This document shows, one piece after another, positions 9,394 through 17,878 of a stretch of DNA of 64,000 nt (its first letter is position 1; the number at the start of each line of letters is the position of its first letter). A program made the translations under genes and the position numbers. The DNA is taken from sequence record PV662128.1. One strand, written 5' to 3'. The notes beneath the pieces are model-generated. The model saw only the letters and a program-made list of their open reading frames with translations, ran no database searches and was not told the DNA's origin.

Positions 9394-10182
9394 ATGATTA
9401 ATTCTGCTTTCACTCCCGGATTTTTAGCGGTGTTGGGTGCGCAATACGCCCTTACCGACATCCAATCTGTTGACGACACTACGAGTGAGCTCAAAGCCAC
9501 TTTAGGGGAAACGCCAAAGACCTTCAGATTCCCAAAAATGGATATTGGGGATATGTTCGTTGGCGCTCCTCTTATCAGCTTCGGTACCTCCGGTGAACTT
9601 ATTAACGACGTGATCGCCAGAGCCATGAACTATCATGAAGCTGGATTGGTTAGCGGCGTGGATTTCGATTTAGGCGAAGAGCAATTAGATTTCCAGGAAG
9701 GTACAAGTGTTTACCTTAATGTTAAGATACTCTCTTCATCTTTAATGTATAAAGGGAGCTTTGGCCTGACGATTTATCGTGCTGACCTGTCACCGCTCAC
9801 CCAACCCATTGAACGTGATCTGACATCAACGATCCCTGATTATTATTCACTGGACTGGATGACCTATCTCAGTACTCGAATTTTTAACGTCGAGTATGAT
9901 ATTGAAGTCGGTGACAGTATTCCGGAATCCTGGAAAACCCCACTGTGGCCTTTGCTTTACGCCATGGATCAGGCTTTCAATATTGATGACGTGTTGAAAG
10001 CGATTACGGGTTCCGAAGTACTGGAAAAATACACGGATGAAATTTCCAATCTGTTGGTGATCAAGTTAGAGAGCGGTGAACTCACCCTTCGTTACACCTT
10101 TGACAAGACACAGACCGTGACCTACATTACTGATTTTGAACTCCCTGGCGACCCAGCTATCACTGACGCGTTACTCCCTTAA
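9394..10182 (+). CDS. Putative virion protein (S-x-x-Y-x-G-S family)
   Basis: 262 aa with an SLMYKGSFGL motif. Confidence 0.55.
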   Translation: MINSAFTPGFLAVLGAQYALTDIQSVDDTTSELKATLGETPKTFRFPKMDIGDMFVGAPLISFGTSGELINDVIARAMNYHEAGLVSGVDFDLGEEQLDFQEGTSVYLNVKILSSSLMYKGSFGLTIYRADLSPLTQPIERDLTSTIPDYYSLDWMTYLSTRIFNVEYDIEVGDSIPESWKTPLWPLLYAMDQAFNIDDVLKAITGSEVLEKYTDEISNLLVIKLESGELTLRYTFDKTQTVTYITDFELPGDPAITDALLP

Positions 10183-10187
10183 CAACG

Positions 10188-10216
10188 AGAATCTGGCCCC
10201 AGAAAGGCCAGATTCT
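10188..10216 (+). terminator. Stem-loop (probable terminator) abutting a TATG late-promoter-like site
   Basis: AGAATCTGGCC-CCAGAAA-GGCCAGATTCT, with TATG at 10216-10219. Confidence 0.55.
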
Positions 10217-10251
10217 ATGACCTTATATTTTTAATAGAAGAGGACGTTATT

Positions 10252-11766
10252 GTGCTCAGAACGTTTGTAAAAGCAGGGGAAACGTACCGTAACGCTCTTT
10301 ATCCTGCGATCATCGAATCCCTTCGTCGGGTTTTAGAATTCTACTCGCTGACGGGTATTGACAAAGTGTATTTCAACGGGGACGCGGAAGTATCCAAGCA
10401 ACTTTTTTCTGACCTCGAGAGTGGGATGCGGGCGGATAGACAAACCGACTTCAAATTAATTAATAAGCTCTATATCGTTACTGAAGAACAACCTTCTGTC
10501 TTTAACAACGGTTATGGGAACGCCCAGAGAACGATAACCAACAGACCGGTATGGAAAACCGACGACGATAAAGTTATGATCATTCCCACCTACGACGGAA
10601 GGGAGATCACGGTTGATGTTAACGCCCACTTCAGAACAAGACAAGAAGCCCGTAATTTCCGCAACAGTTTAGAACAAGCTAGAAATCGTCAAGCTAACGA
10701 TCTTAATTTCAACGCTCACGTCCATTACCCGCTGAACCTGGAAATTATCTACTTCCTTACCACCATTCACAAACGGTTAGTGAACGCAGGCCAGGTTACC
10801 GATGAGTTTGCCCCATGGTTCTTTAAGAACGCCTGCATGCCCTTCACCACGATAACGAACCCGGCGGGTAATAACACTCAGGTTGTCTTACAACAAAGAC
10901 GTGATGAGATTGGGATATTCTTTGAAGAACCCACTATTGCGTTGACTCGTAAATCCAACGAATATCTGGGTCGATATGAAGTTTCTTTCCGTTATAAGTT
11001 CTACTGGAACGAGCAGACCGATTGGGACTTGCGTTACCCTCTAATGATCTGCCAACAGCCGTTAGATCAAATGTACATGCCTAAGCCCCAGTTGGGTTAT
11101 CGCAATGGGTTTAACCCTCATGCGTTCGTAGAGTTAGGTATGATCAACTTATTGCTGAAAAGCAGGACAAAACACTCGCCTTACTATCAGCGAATTCCGG
11201 AATACGACATGTGGGTCCCTCCAGGACAACGTTGGTTGGATACTCAGTTGACGATCGCGATTACGGTTAAAGACGAGGCGAACGTCCCTCTTATTAATAT
11301 CGTTAATGATATTCCTAATTGGACCTGGGATGACGACTTCTTGGAACACATGTTAAAGTATCGCGAAAACCTTTTCACCCGCCATGAAGATATTTTCCAT
11401 ATTCAGGTTTATTCTGATGATATTTTAGTGCTTCCAGAACAACTCAGTATGGATGAGGAAGGGAACATACTTCTTAATCGTAAACCGACGATGGGTAACG
11501 TATATCGGGTCGTTATTTTTGTTGACTGTAATTTAAAAGAATTCAGCGATCAAAATAACCAAAACATATTGGACGATGAAAATTATCTCTACGTTGTCAT
11601 TCCTAAATTATTCCCTTGGTACAAGTGGGATAAGTTCCCGGTGAATACGCCTAACGATCTCGCTAGATTGATAGACGATTCGGGCTTAGGGGACATGGGT
11701 GCGTTAAGAGAGCCAGTACCAATGTATATGATGAATAACAGCCTAGCGGCCTATAGGGAGAATTAA
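10252..11766 (+). CDS. Virion structural protein (phiKZ gp98-like by order)
   Basis: 504 aa with a GTG start after GAGGA; first gene of a conserved-looking four-gene structural block. Confidence 0.55.
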   Translation: MLRTFVKAGETYRNALYPAIIESLRRVLEFYSLTGIDKVYFNGDAEVSKQLFSDLESGMRADRQTDFKLINKLYIVTEEQPSVFNNGYGNAQRTITNRPVWKTDDDKVMIIPTYDGREITVDVNAHFRTRQEARNFRNSLEQARNRQANDLNFNAHVHYPLNLEIIYFLTTIHKRLVNAGQVTDEFAPWFFKNACMPFTTITNPAGNNTQVVLQQRRDEIGIFFEEPTIALTRKSNEYLGRYEVSFRYKFYWNEQTDWDLRYPLMICQQPLDQMYMPKPQLGYRNGFNPHAFVELGMINLLLKSRTKHSPYYQRIPEYDMWVPPGQRWLDTQLTIAITVKDEANVPLINIVNDIPNWTWDDDFLEHMLKYRENLFTRHEDIFHIQVYSDDILVLPEQLSMDEEGNILLNRKPTMGNVYRVVIFVDCNLKEFSDQNNQNILDDENYLYVVIPKLFPWYKWDKFPVNTPNDLARLIDDSGLGDMGALREPVPMYMMNNSLAAYREN

Positions 11767-11769
11767 GAA

Positions 11770-13065
11770 ATGGGTGTGTTCACTCCAGGTACCGGTGATA
11801 ATCCCACCGTAACGACCGCTGAAGGACCTAAGATTTATGCTGATGACTATAAGTCCAGTATCGTCGATTCCGTCTATGTACACGGGACGAGCTTACTGAC
11901 TTTTGTTACAGGTACTCCAGTAAGGACACAATACTACCGCCAATATCTTGGCGCTGATGAAGTTCCTGTCGGACCACAGTTAGATGATATAAATACCTAC
12001 CAGTCCTACACTCGAATCAACGACCTCATCATGAAATTCGAGGGTAAGCCGGCGTATTCATTTGACACCGATACCGCCGAATCAACAGAGACGGGTGGAG
12101 CTTACGTCATTTTTGATCTGAACCCAATTCAGGGTGATGTTTTTATCCGGGATATTGGTGACGGTCGTGCGGGCATTTACGTCGTAGAAGGCCAGCCTGA
12201 ACTTCGTAGTTACGCAGCGGATAAAGTCTATTTTATCCAGTTCAAACTCATCGGTTTGATGACCCAAGCTATAGAAGACAATTTTAATAGTAAAGTCGTC
12301 AGGGAATATTACTATTCCAAAGATTCCGCTCTAAACGGCGGGAACGCACTGCTATCTAAAGACCGTTTAGATGGTGTCAAAGAACTGATGCGGATGTCTT
12401 TTGCTATTACACAGCAGCTGCTTCGCAAAAACTATTTTAACCCTGAAGAAACTATCACGTTTAAGAACGAAGAAAACAGTTTTGTTTATTACGATCCTTA
12501 CTTGACGAGATTCCTTACGTATGTTTTACCTTACCGAGAATTCCTCGGGGTCAAACCTATTAATCTCATCAATACTCAGGTGGGTGTTAAACACAACTAT
12601 AACGACCAGCTTACGGTTTACGACGCGCTTCTCCAAATGAATAAGGATCTGCTCGCCGTTGTACCTCGTAAGATGTACGTTTATTCCCGTCGTCAGTTCT
12701 TCGGAACCCGGACATACGGCTCTCCGTTGATGACGAAAATAGACCGTTTCTATCAGGTGGAGAAACTCGAGTTCGATGGCATTCAGCGACTTAATTTACC
12801 TGTTAACGGTTATATCCTTTATCCTGACCCGGAACCGGGTAGTGAAGAGGATTTCTATTTCAGCAATGGTTTCTTTGACGGCGTTCCGGCTAATGAATTT
12901 GAACGTTTAACGCTGGACTTTTTCTTTAACAAAGTCAGAGATCGGGATGCGTTGCTGGCGTACGCTAAAACGGTATTAACGTTGCCCGATAAAGATCTGG
13001 CTTATCAAGGCGGGGTTGTGGTGGCTATGATAGAACTATCCCGCAAAGTTTTAACTGGAGAATAA
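11770..13065 (+). CDS. Virion structural protein (phiKZ gp99-like by order)
   Basis: 431 aa, tightly coupled. The NPIQGDVFIRDIGDGRAGIY segment resembles neck/head-completion proteins of jumbo phages (inference). Confidence 0.55.
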   Translation: MGVFTPGTGDNPTVTTAEGPKIYADDYKSSIVDSVYVHGTSLLTFVTGTPVRTQYYRQYLGADEVPVGPQLDDINTYQSYTRINDLIMKFEGKPAYSFDTDTAESTETGGAYVIFDLNPIQGDVFIRDIGDGRAGIYVVEGQPELRSYAADKVYFIQFKLIGLMTQAIEDNFNSKVVREYYYSKDSALNGGNALLSKDRLDGVKELMRMSFAITQQLLRKNYFNPEETITFKNEENSFVYYDPYLTRFLTYVLPYREFLGVKPINLINTQVGVKHNYNDQLTVYDALLQMNKDLLAVVPRKMYVYSRRQFFGTRTYGSPLMTKIDRFYQVEKLEFDGIQRLNLPVNGYILYPDPEPGSEEDFYFSNGFFDGVPANEFERLTLDFFFNKVRDRDALLAYAKTVLTLPDKDLAYQGGVVVAMIELSRKVLTGE

Positions 13066-13067
13066 TC

Positions 13068-13730
13068 ATGATCGAGCTCTTTCGTTATAAAGAGATTAGG
13101 AAGTCACTTATTGCCCAACACGACATTATTGTTAATCGCAATTATCGTGTGTCTTTTCCTCGGCAATACTTAATGTCCTTGGATCAATTGGAGAACCGAG
13201 AAATTGTTCGTATGACGAGCGTGATTGATCCGGATTCACACACTCGGCCTTCTCCTATGACTGTGACGTTAGAGCGGGTTATCGATATTCTCAAACGACT
13301 TCCTGATAGCAGGATACTCGCATTTAAACACAGCAGGGACGCTCTGGAGATTTACGAAACTATTCAGGGGTATCTCAACAATTGGATAGAGATCATTTTA
13401 GAGGCCCCTGAATTCTCCTACCCGACGATCCAAGAACTTTATGATTTGGAAAGTGTCGCCAAGTGGGCATTCCCGGTTTATCAACATGAAAAACGCATGA
13501 CGTCGTTCAGGGAAAATAGGGATTTTAATAAGCAACAGTTCGCCCATCCTTTGCTAAGCCTGATTGGTGTGTTGAAGTCCGATGACGATGTTCCGTCATT
13601 TATCTCATTTTTGGATAACCGTCTTCCGGAACACCTTAAAGCCTACCGTAACGAAGAACTCTTCACAGAAGACTTAAAAGAAGTTCTTTCTTTTGATAAC
13701 TCTTTATTTGGAATTAAGGGTGGGTTATGA
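13068..13730 (+). CDS. Hypothetical protein in the structural block
   Basis: 220 aa with a GGAG RBS; its stop overlaps the next gene (ATGA). Confidence 0.6.
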   Translation: MIELFRYKEIRKSLIAQHDIIVNRNYRVSFPRQYLMSLDQLENREIVRMTSVIDPDSHTRPSPMTVTLERVIDILKRLPDSRILAFKHSRDALEIYETIQGYLNNWIEIILEAPEFSYPTIQELYDLESVAKWAFPVYQHEKRMTSFRENRDFNKQQFAHPLLSLIGVLKSDDDVPSFISFLDNRLPEHLKAYRNEELFTEDLKEVLSFDNSLFGIKGGL

Positions 13731-15073
13731 TACCCGTTAATATTAGTAACGTTTTAGAACAGGCGAAGCAGGTTGCTGCAACCAAACGGCCGACCGTCTC
13801 CACACTCGAGTTAACCCTCATAACCCCGGAATTACATTACCCCGTTCCTAACGTTCAGAGACTCTCTAAGAGTTCTAATTTCTTGGAGGACGGTACGGAT
13901 GTTTGGGCTATTAACTTCTTGATGCAGCCTGGGGTTTTCTTAAAACAGATTCTTCCGTACAAAGACAACTTGCTCGTTGACTTAGTTGAGAGCACGGGAC
14001 TCAATAGAACACTTCGTCGTCTCCGGGCGGCAGTTCCAATGGATGTTAACCCCCAAACCAATTCGGATAACAGCGTTTATATCGATCCCGGTGTGCTGGA
14101 CCAAAACATGGTAGTTCCCATCACACTTATCTTGATCGATACGGTATACGAGCAGTTACGTAACCAACCACTGCTCGACAACTATTTGATGGCCACGACC
14201 AAAGACGTTTTGCATAATGTTTGGAGTCAGCAAGGTCACGCCATCCAATCCAACGGGGTTAATAAGTTTAAAGGGGTCGACATTGAAGAACCCACAGATA
14301 ACCCCAGAGTCTATCGGCAGATCATGGTCAAGCATGGTACACGTTTGACTCGCTTTGCTGACTATCTTCAGAACGAAGAAGGTTTAGGTATTTATACTCG
14401 TGGATGCGGGTCGTTCTATCGAGAAGGGATTTGGTATGTATTCCCTATTTGTAAACCGGAAAGATACGGTACGGTGAAGAAATCCTTAGACATTTATAAG
14501 TTCCCAGAGGATATTCTGCCAGTAACAGAACAAACGTATGGAACGACGGCGAACTCCACGTTAATACTTTCTACCGGGCCGTCTAAATTGCTAGACGGTA
14601 CCGATAACCTGAGGCAGAATTTTGGCGCCGGTCAGCAGATCATTTCTTCGGATGCAATCGCGGGAGAAGCCGGTTCGCACTATAACAACGGGGCAAGCGT
14701 CACACTACGGGCAGAGAAAGTTACGGAGTACAGAACCACCCAACGTGCCTCAGGGCAGGAGCTTATTGACGTCAACGCCACTCCAACCAATAACGTTTTT
14801 AAAGAGATAACCAAAAACGCCATGAGGGACTGCAAGGTACTGGAATTGAATTGGACTAACTCCAATCCTTTTCTCGTTACCCCAGGCGCCCCGGTTAAGT
14901 ACTATTTCCTTAACGAACAAGGAACACTCACTATTCAGGAAGGAACCGTAATATCGGAGCAAACTACGTATTACTCCGATTCAACCAGACCCCTTACCCC
15001 GTTTAGAAAGAACTCTACCTTAACCATACTCCTGCTCCCTATTCAAAATACCGCGATAACCCCGAACAATTAA
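13727..15073 (+). CDS. Putative baseplate hub protein (phiKZ gp101-like)
   Basis: 448 aa. The GLGIYTRGCGSFYREGIWYVFP and C-terminal W-x-N-S-N-P-x-L-x-x-P-G motifs are consistent with hub/gpD-like proteins. Confidence 0.5.
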   Translation: MIPVNISNVLEQAKQVAATKRPTVSTLELTLITPELHYPVPNVQRLSKSSNFLEDGTDVWAINFLMQPGVFLKQILPYKDNLLVDLVESTGLNRTLRRLRAAVPMDVNPQTNSDNSVYIDPGVLDQNMVVPITLILIDTVYEQLRNQPLLDNYLMATTKDVLHNVWSQQGHAIQSNGVNKFKGVDIEEPTDNPRVYRQIMVKHGTRLTRFADYLQNEEGLGIYTRGCGSFYREGIWYVFPICKPERYGTVKKSLDIYKFPEDILPVTEQTYGTTANSTLILSTGPSKLLDGTDNLRQNFGAGQQIISSDAIAGEAGSHYNNGASVTLRAEKVTEYRTTQRASGQELIDVNATPTNNVFKEITKNAMRDCKVLELNWTNSNPFLVTPGAPVKYYFLNEQGTLTIQEGTVISEQTTYYSDSTRPLTPFRKNSTLTILLLPIQNTAITPNN

Positions 15074-15161
15074 AATTCAACATGGAGTTTTTTATGGCGC
15101 TATATAACCGCAGTGTATGAAAAACAAAATGTTATTTTTTAATTAAATAGAGGAAATCATC

Positions 15162-15620
15162 ATGAAACGTTTTATCTCTGCGGCTATTCTTTCCGTTATT
15201 GCTATGAGCGCTACCGCAACTGAAAATACCAACATCTGGGGTTGTGTTACCAACGCTGGTAAAGTCGCCAGGGTTGATCTGGTAGAAGGAACTGGCGGCG
15301 TACAAGCAATCTACACGTTCGGTAAGGCTGGGAGCGATCCTGAGCTCTCCGTTGCCAAGAAGCTCTCTGACGTTAAGTATACCGAGAAAGAGGCTTACGC
15401 CAACGGTATCCTGCAAACCACGTATTATCAGCTGACTTTCAATAATGGTCAGTACAGCTATATCACCGAACAGTTTAACAAGATCGCACGTCTTTACGTA
15501 CTCAAGAACGATAAAGTGATTTCGACTATTGAGTGCGAAGACATCATCGACGCGGGTGTTCTTGACAGCGAAAACATGATCAAAATCTTTCCTTACCATG
15601 AAAAGGTAAAGGATGAATAA
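15162..15620 (+). CDS. Secreted/periplasmic protein with a Sec signal peptide
   Basis: MKRFISAAILSVIAMSATA signal peptide ending in A-x-A, two Cys flanking a beta-rich mature domain, a GAGGA RBS and its own terminator. Confidence 0.75.
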   Translation: MKRFISAAILSVIAMSATATENTNIWGCVTNAGKVARVDLVEGTGGVQAIYTFGKAGSDPELSVAKKLSDVKYTEKEAYANGILQTTYYQLTFNNGQYSYITEQFNKIARLYVLKNDKVISTIECEDIIDAGVLDSENMIKIFPYHEKVKDE

Positions 15621-15624
15621 ACCT

Positions 15625-15654
15625 CCTACCTCCACCCTTATGGGTGGAGGTAGG
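15625..15654. terminator. Terminator hairpin between convergent genes
   Basis: CCTACCTCCACCC-TTAT-GGGTGGAGGTAGG followed by a long T-run. Confidence 0.8.
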
Positions 15655-15676
15655 GCAACCTAATTTATTTTTTTTT

Positions 15677-17218
15677 TTACCCCATGAAGTCAAAGTCAGG
15701 TTGAGATTCACCGTTTTCGTCTAACATGTGTTTGAATGATTTTTTCCCAGCACATTTGGTGTTAATGTCGTGCACCAAACCGAGCGTTGGGTCGAGAGGG
15801 TATACCCAGAAGCGTTCAGACGGCGGAGCGCCTTCCCCTCTCATTTTTCCTAAGAAACAGGTCCAGTAAGCTTTATCGTCAATAGTACGAGCCACGTGGA
15901 TAGTAATAACACCATCGCATTCGTTCGTCAATTTGGTCGAACCCTCGGTCATTGATTTCCCGCCGGCCTCTTTAGCGAAGTTCAACTCAGCGTCGTCATC
16001 TGATTCACGTAAGAAACGTTTTGCTTCTGGCGATAACTGGTGAGGGGTACAGAAACAAATACCGTGATTGACAATAAACCCACGAACACGTTTATATAAA
16101 TCTTGTAAGCGATCAGAACGAGATTCCCCAGAAGTTCCTTTGAGGTTAGCCATCCCTAAGTAATCGTAAGCCCAGAAGATGATTTCGTGACCTTTCATCT
16201 GTAGTTTACGAATACGGTCCGTCATCTCATAATAGTTATCGTTGACCGGGTCGACACGGTTCATGATTAGGAACCAGCCGTTCTTCTTAAATCCGTCTGC
16301 GATAACTTGAGCGATCGTTTCAGGTTGCTCGTTCTTGAAATCTCCCTGATGACCGAACTGGTTAACCATGATGAGTTTATACATACGCTCGATGATAATG
16401 TCTAACGCATCCTCAGCGGAATCCAGTACGATGGTAGGTATCTTAGACTTATCACGCAGTAGGGGTTTGTTATAGAGACCTATCGACGCTACGATATGCC
16501 CCATGGTCAAACTCTTACCCCTGTTCGTTAACGCCTCCCACATATAGAACTTGGAGCGACGTAAACCATTATCAGGATACAGCGCTCTGTTAAGACCCTG
16601 GAGACCGGTCTTTAACACCCCTTCTTCTGATGATTCGATTTTAGCACGTTCAATGATATTGACGATGCCACTCAAATCATCCGTGTTTATTTCTTCTACC
16701 AAAGCGACGTTCTTATCAGCCAATACAGCTTCCGTCAATTTGGTTTCAATCATGTCGGCTATCTTAGCCCACGTTGTTTTATCTGTTTTGCTCGGATCAC
16801 CAAAATAAAGTTCTTTAATTTCGTTTTTAAAATCTTTATTAAACTTATCGTCCCCTGCTGCTTTCTTGACTTCTTGAATATGACGATAAATAATTTGTCG
16901 TGTTCTTTCTTCACTCGGGTAGTCTTCTAATCCTGCTTCAATGGCTTTAGTTAGCTCCGGTGCATCTTTCATAAAGTCCATTACTCGTTGGGTTAGCAAT
17001 GATTTTATGATCGGCTCATCTTCGGGTTGAGCTAAAATCCAGTCGATGGTATCACGAATAGCGGTTTCTATTTTTTTATCCTGCGTGAACAGATCACCTT
17101 TAGAAATCGGTATCCCATTCAAAAGATCTTTCGCTTCCCCTAACAGAGTGACGTCTTTTATTTTTTTAATTTGGTACATCGCACTGAGAATCTTAACCAG
17201 GATCAGTAACGTGCTCAT
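15677..17218 (-). CDS. dnaB: DnaB-like replicative helicase (phiKZ gp118-like)
   Basis: Walker A-like EALTNRGKS, SAED (catalytic Glu), YDYLGM (Walker B) and TPHQLS motifs typical of SF4 helicases; lies just upstream of the capsid gene as in phiKZ-like phages. Confidence 0.85.
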   Translation of the reverse strand: MSTLLILVKILSAMYQIKKIKDVTLLGEAKDLLNGIPISKGDLFTQDKKIETAIRDTIDWILAQPEDEPIIKSLLTQRVMDFMKDAPELTKAIEAGLEDYPSEERTRQIIYRHIQEVKKAAGDDKFNKDFKNEIKELYFGDPSKTDKTTWAKIADMIETKLTEAVLADKNVALVEEINTDDLSGIVNIIERAKIESSEEGVLKTGLQGLNRALYPDNGLRRSKFYMWEALTNRGKSLTMGHIVASIGLYNKPLLRDKSKIPTIVLDSAEDALDIIIERMYKLIMVNQFGHQGDFKNEQPETIAQVIADGFKKNGWFLIMNRVDPVNDNYYEMTDRIRKLQMKGHEIIFWAYDYLGMANLKGTSGESRSDRLQDLYKRVRGFIVNHGICFCTPHQLSPEAKRFLRESDDDAELNFAKEAGGKSMTEGSTKLTNECDGVITIHVARTIDDKAYWTCFLGKMRGEGAPPSERFWVYPLDPTLGLVHDINTKCAGKKSFKHMLDENGESQPDFDFMG

Positions 17219-17232
17219 TTAAAAACTCCAAG

Positions 17233-17790
17233 GTGATGATAATGAATTTAATTTTTCAAGAGTCTCCTGACCGCCACCAGGTATGGTTATTAACTAATGA
17301 TATGGTGAAAGCGGTTGAGAGATCTCGTATAAGATTCGATCAGTTAAATCGAATCCCAGAATATCGAGATCGTTTTGCGGAATCCGATATTATTGCTATT
17401 GCTGTTTTACAATACAGTATGAGCCTTAAATTGGGTCGTCCGCTCCAGGACGTGTTTGATCCAGACGCTTATGTGGGTGACGAGGGTCTTGTCCTCAAGA
17501 GTAAGATTAGCAATGTATTAGCAGAACTCCCTCGTCTGACCGTAATAGCGGCGCTGAGTAATCCTGCTCGTTATTACATTAAGAAAGTGGGTAATGACAT
17601 TATTTTATGTCAAGGTGAGCTGGTTAAACCAGACACTAGCTGGACTGAGCTAAACGAATCTCTATTCACTCACGCATTATTAAAAGGGATTTATAGCCAA
17701 TACGGCTACCATCAATTGCATTTCCGAGAATTGAACCGACCGCAACGAGATAGCTTTACGTTAGCCGACGTTCTCCGCGTATTGTCTTGA
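17233..17790 (+). CDS. Hypothetical protein between the helicase and capsid genes
   Basis: 185 aa ORF starting 14 nt from the divergent helicase start. Confidence 0.6.
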   Translation: MMIMNLIFQESPDRHQVWLLTNDMVKAVERSRIRFDQLNRIPEYRDRFAESDIIAIAVLQYSMSLKLGRPLQDVFDPDAYVGDEGLVLKSKISNVLAELPRLTVIAALSNPARYYIKKVGNDIILCQGELVKPDTSWTELNESLFTHALLKGIYSQYGYHQLHFRELNRPQRDSFTLADVLRVLS

Positions 17791-17820
17791 TCCCTGATGC
17801 ATAAGGGGTTGAGTACATTT

Positions 17821-17824
17821 TATG
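17821..17824 (+). promoter_or_regulatory. TATG late-promoter-like element upstream of the capsid gene
   Basis: acatttTATGtac lies 55 nt before the MCP start. phiKZ nvRNAP late promoters carry TATG at the start site. The motif is short, so this is only suggestive. Confidence 0.45.
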
Positions 17825-17878
17825 TACTAGTGCCGTAAACAAATATTTGTTTAAAGCTTTGAATAAAGGAAATTATCG

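Noticed and set aside
15132-15635. 167-aa minus-strand ORF
   Set aside because: It fully overlaps the plus-strand ORF, which has the RBS, the signal peptide and the downstream terminator.
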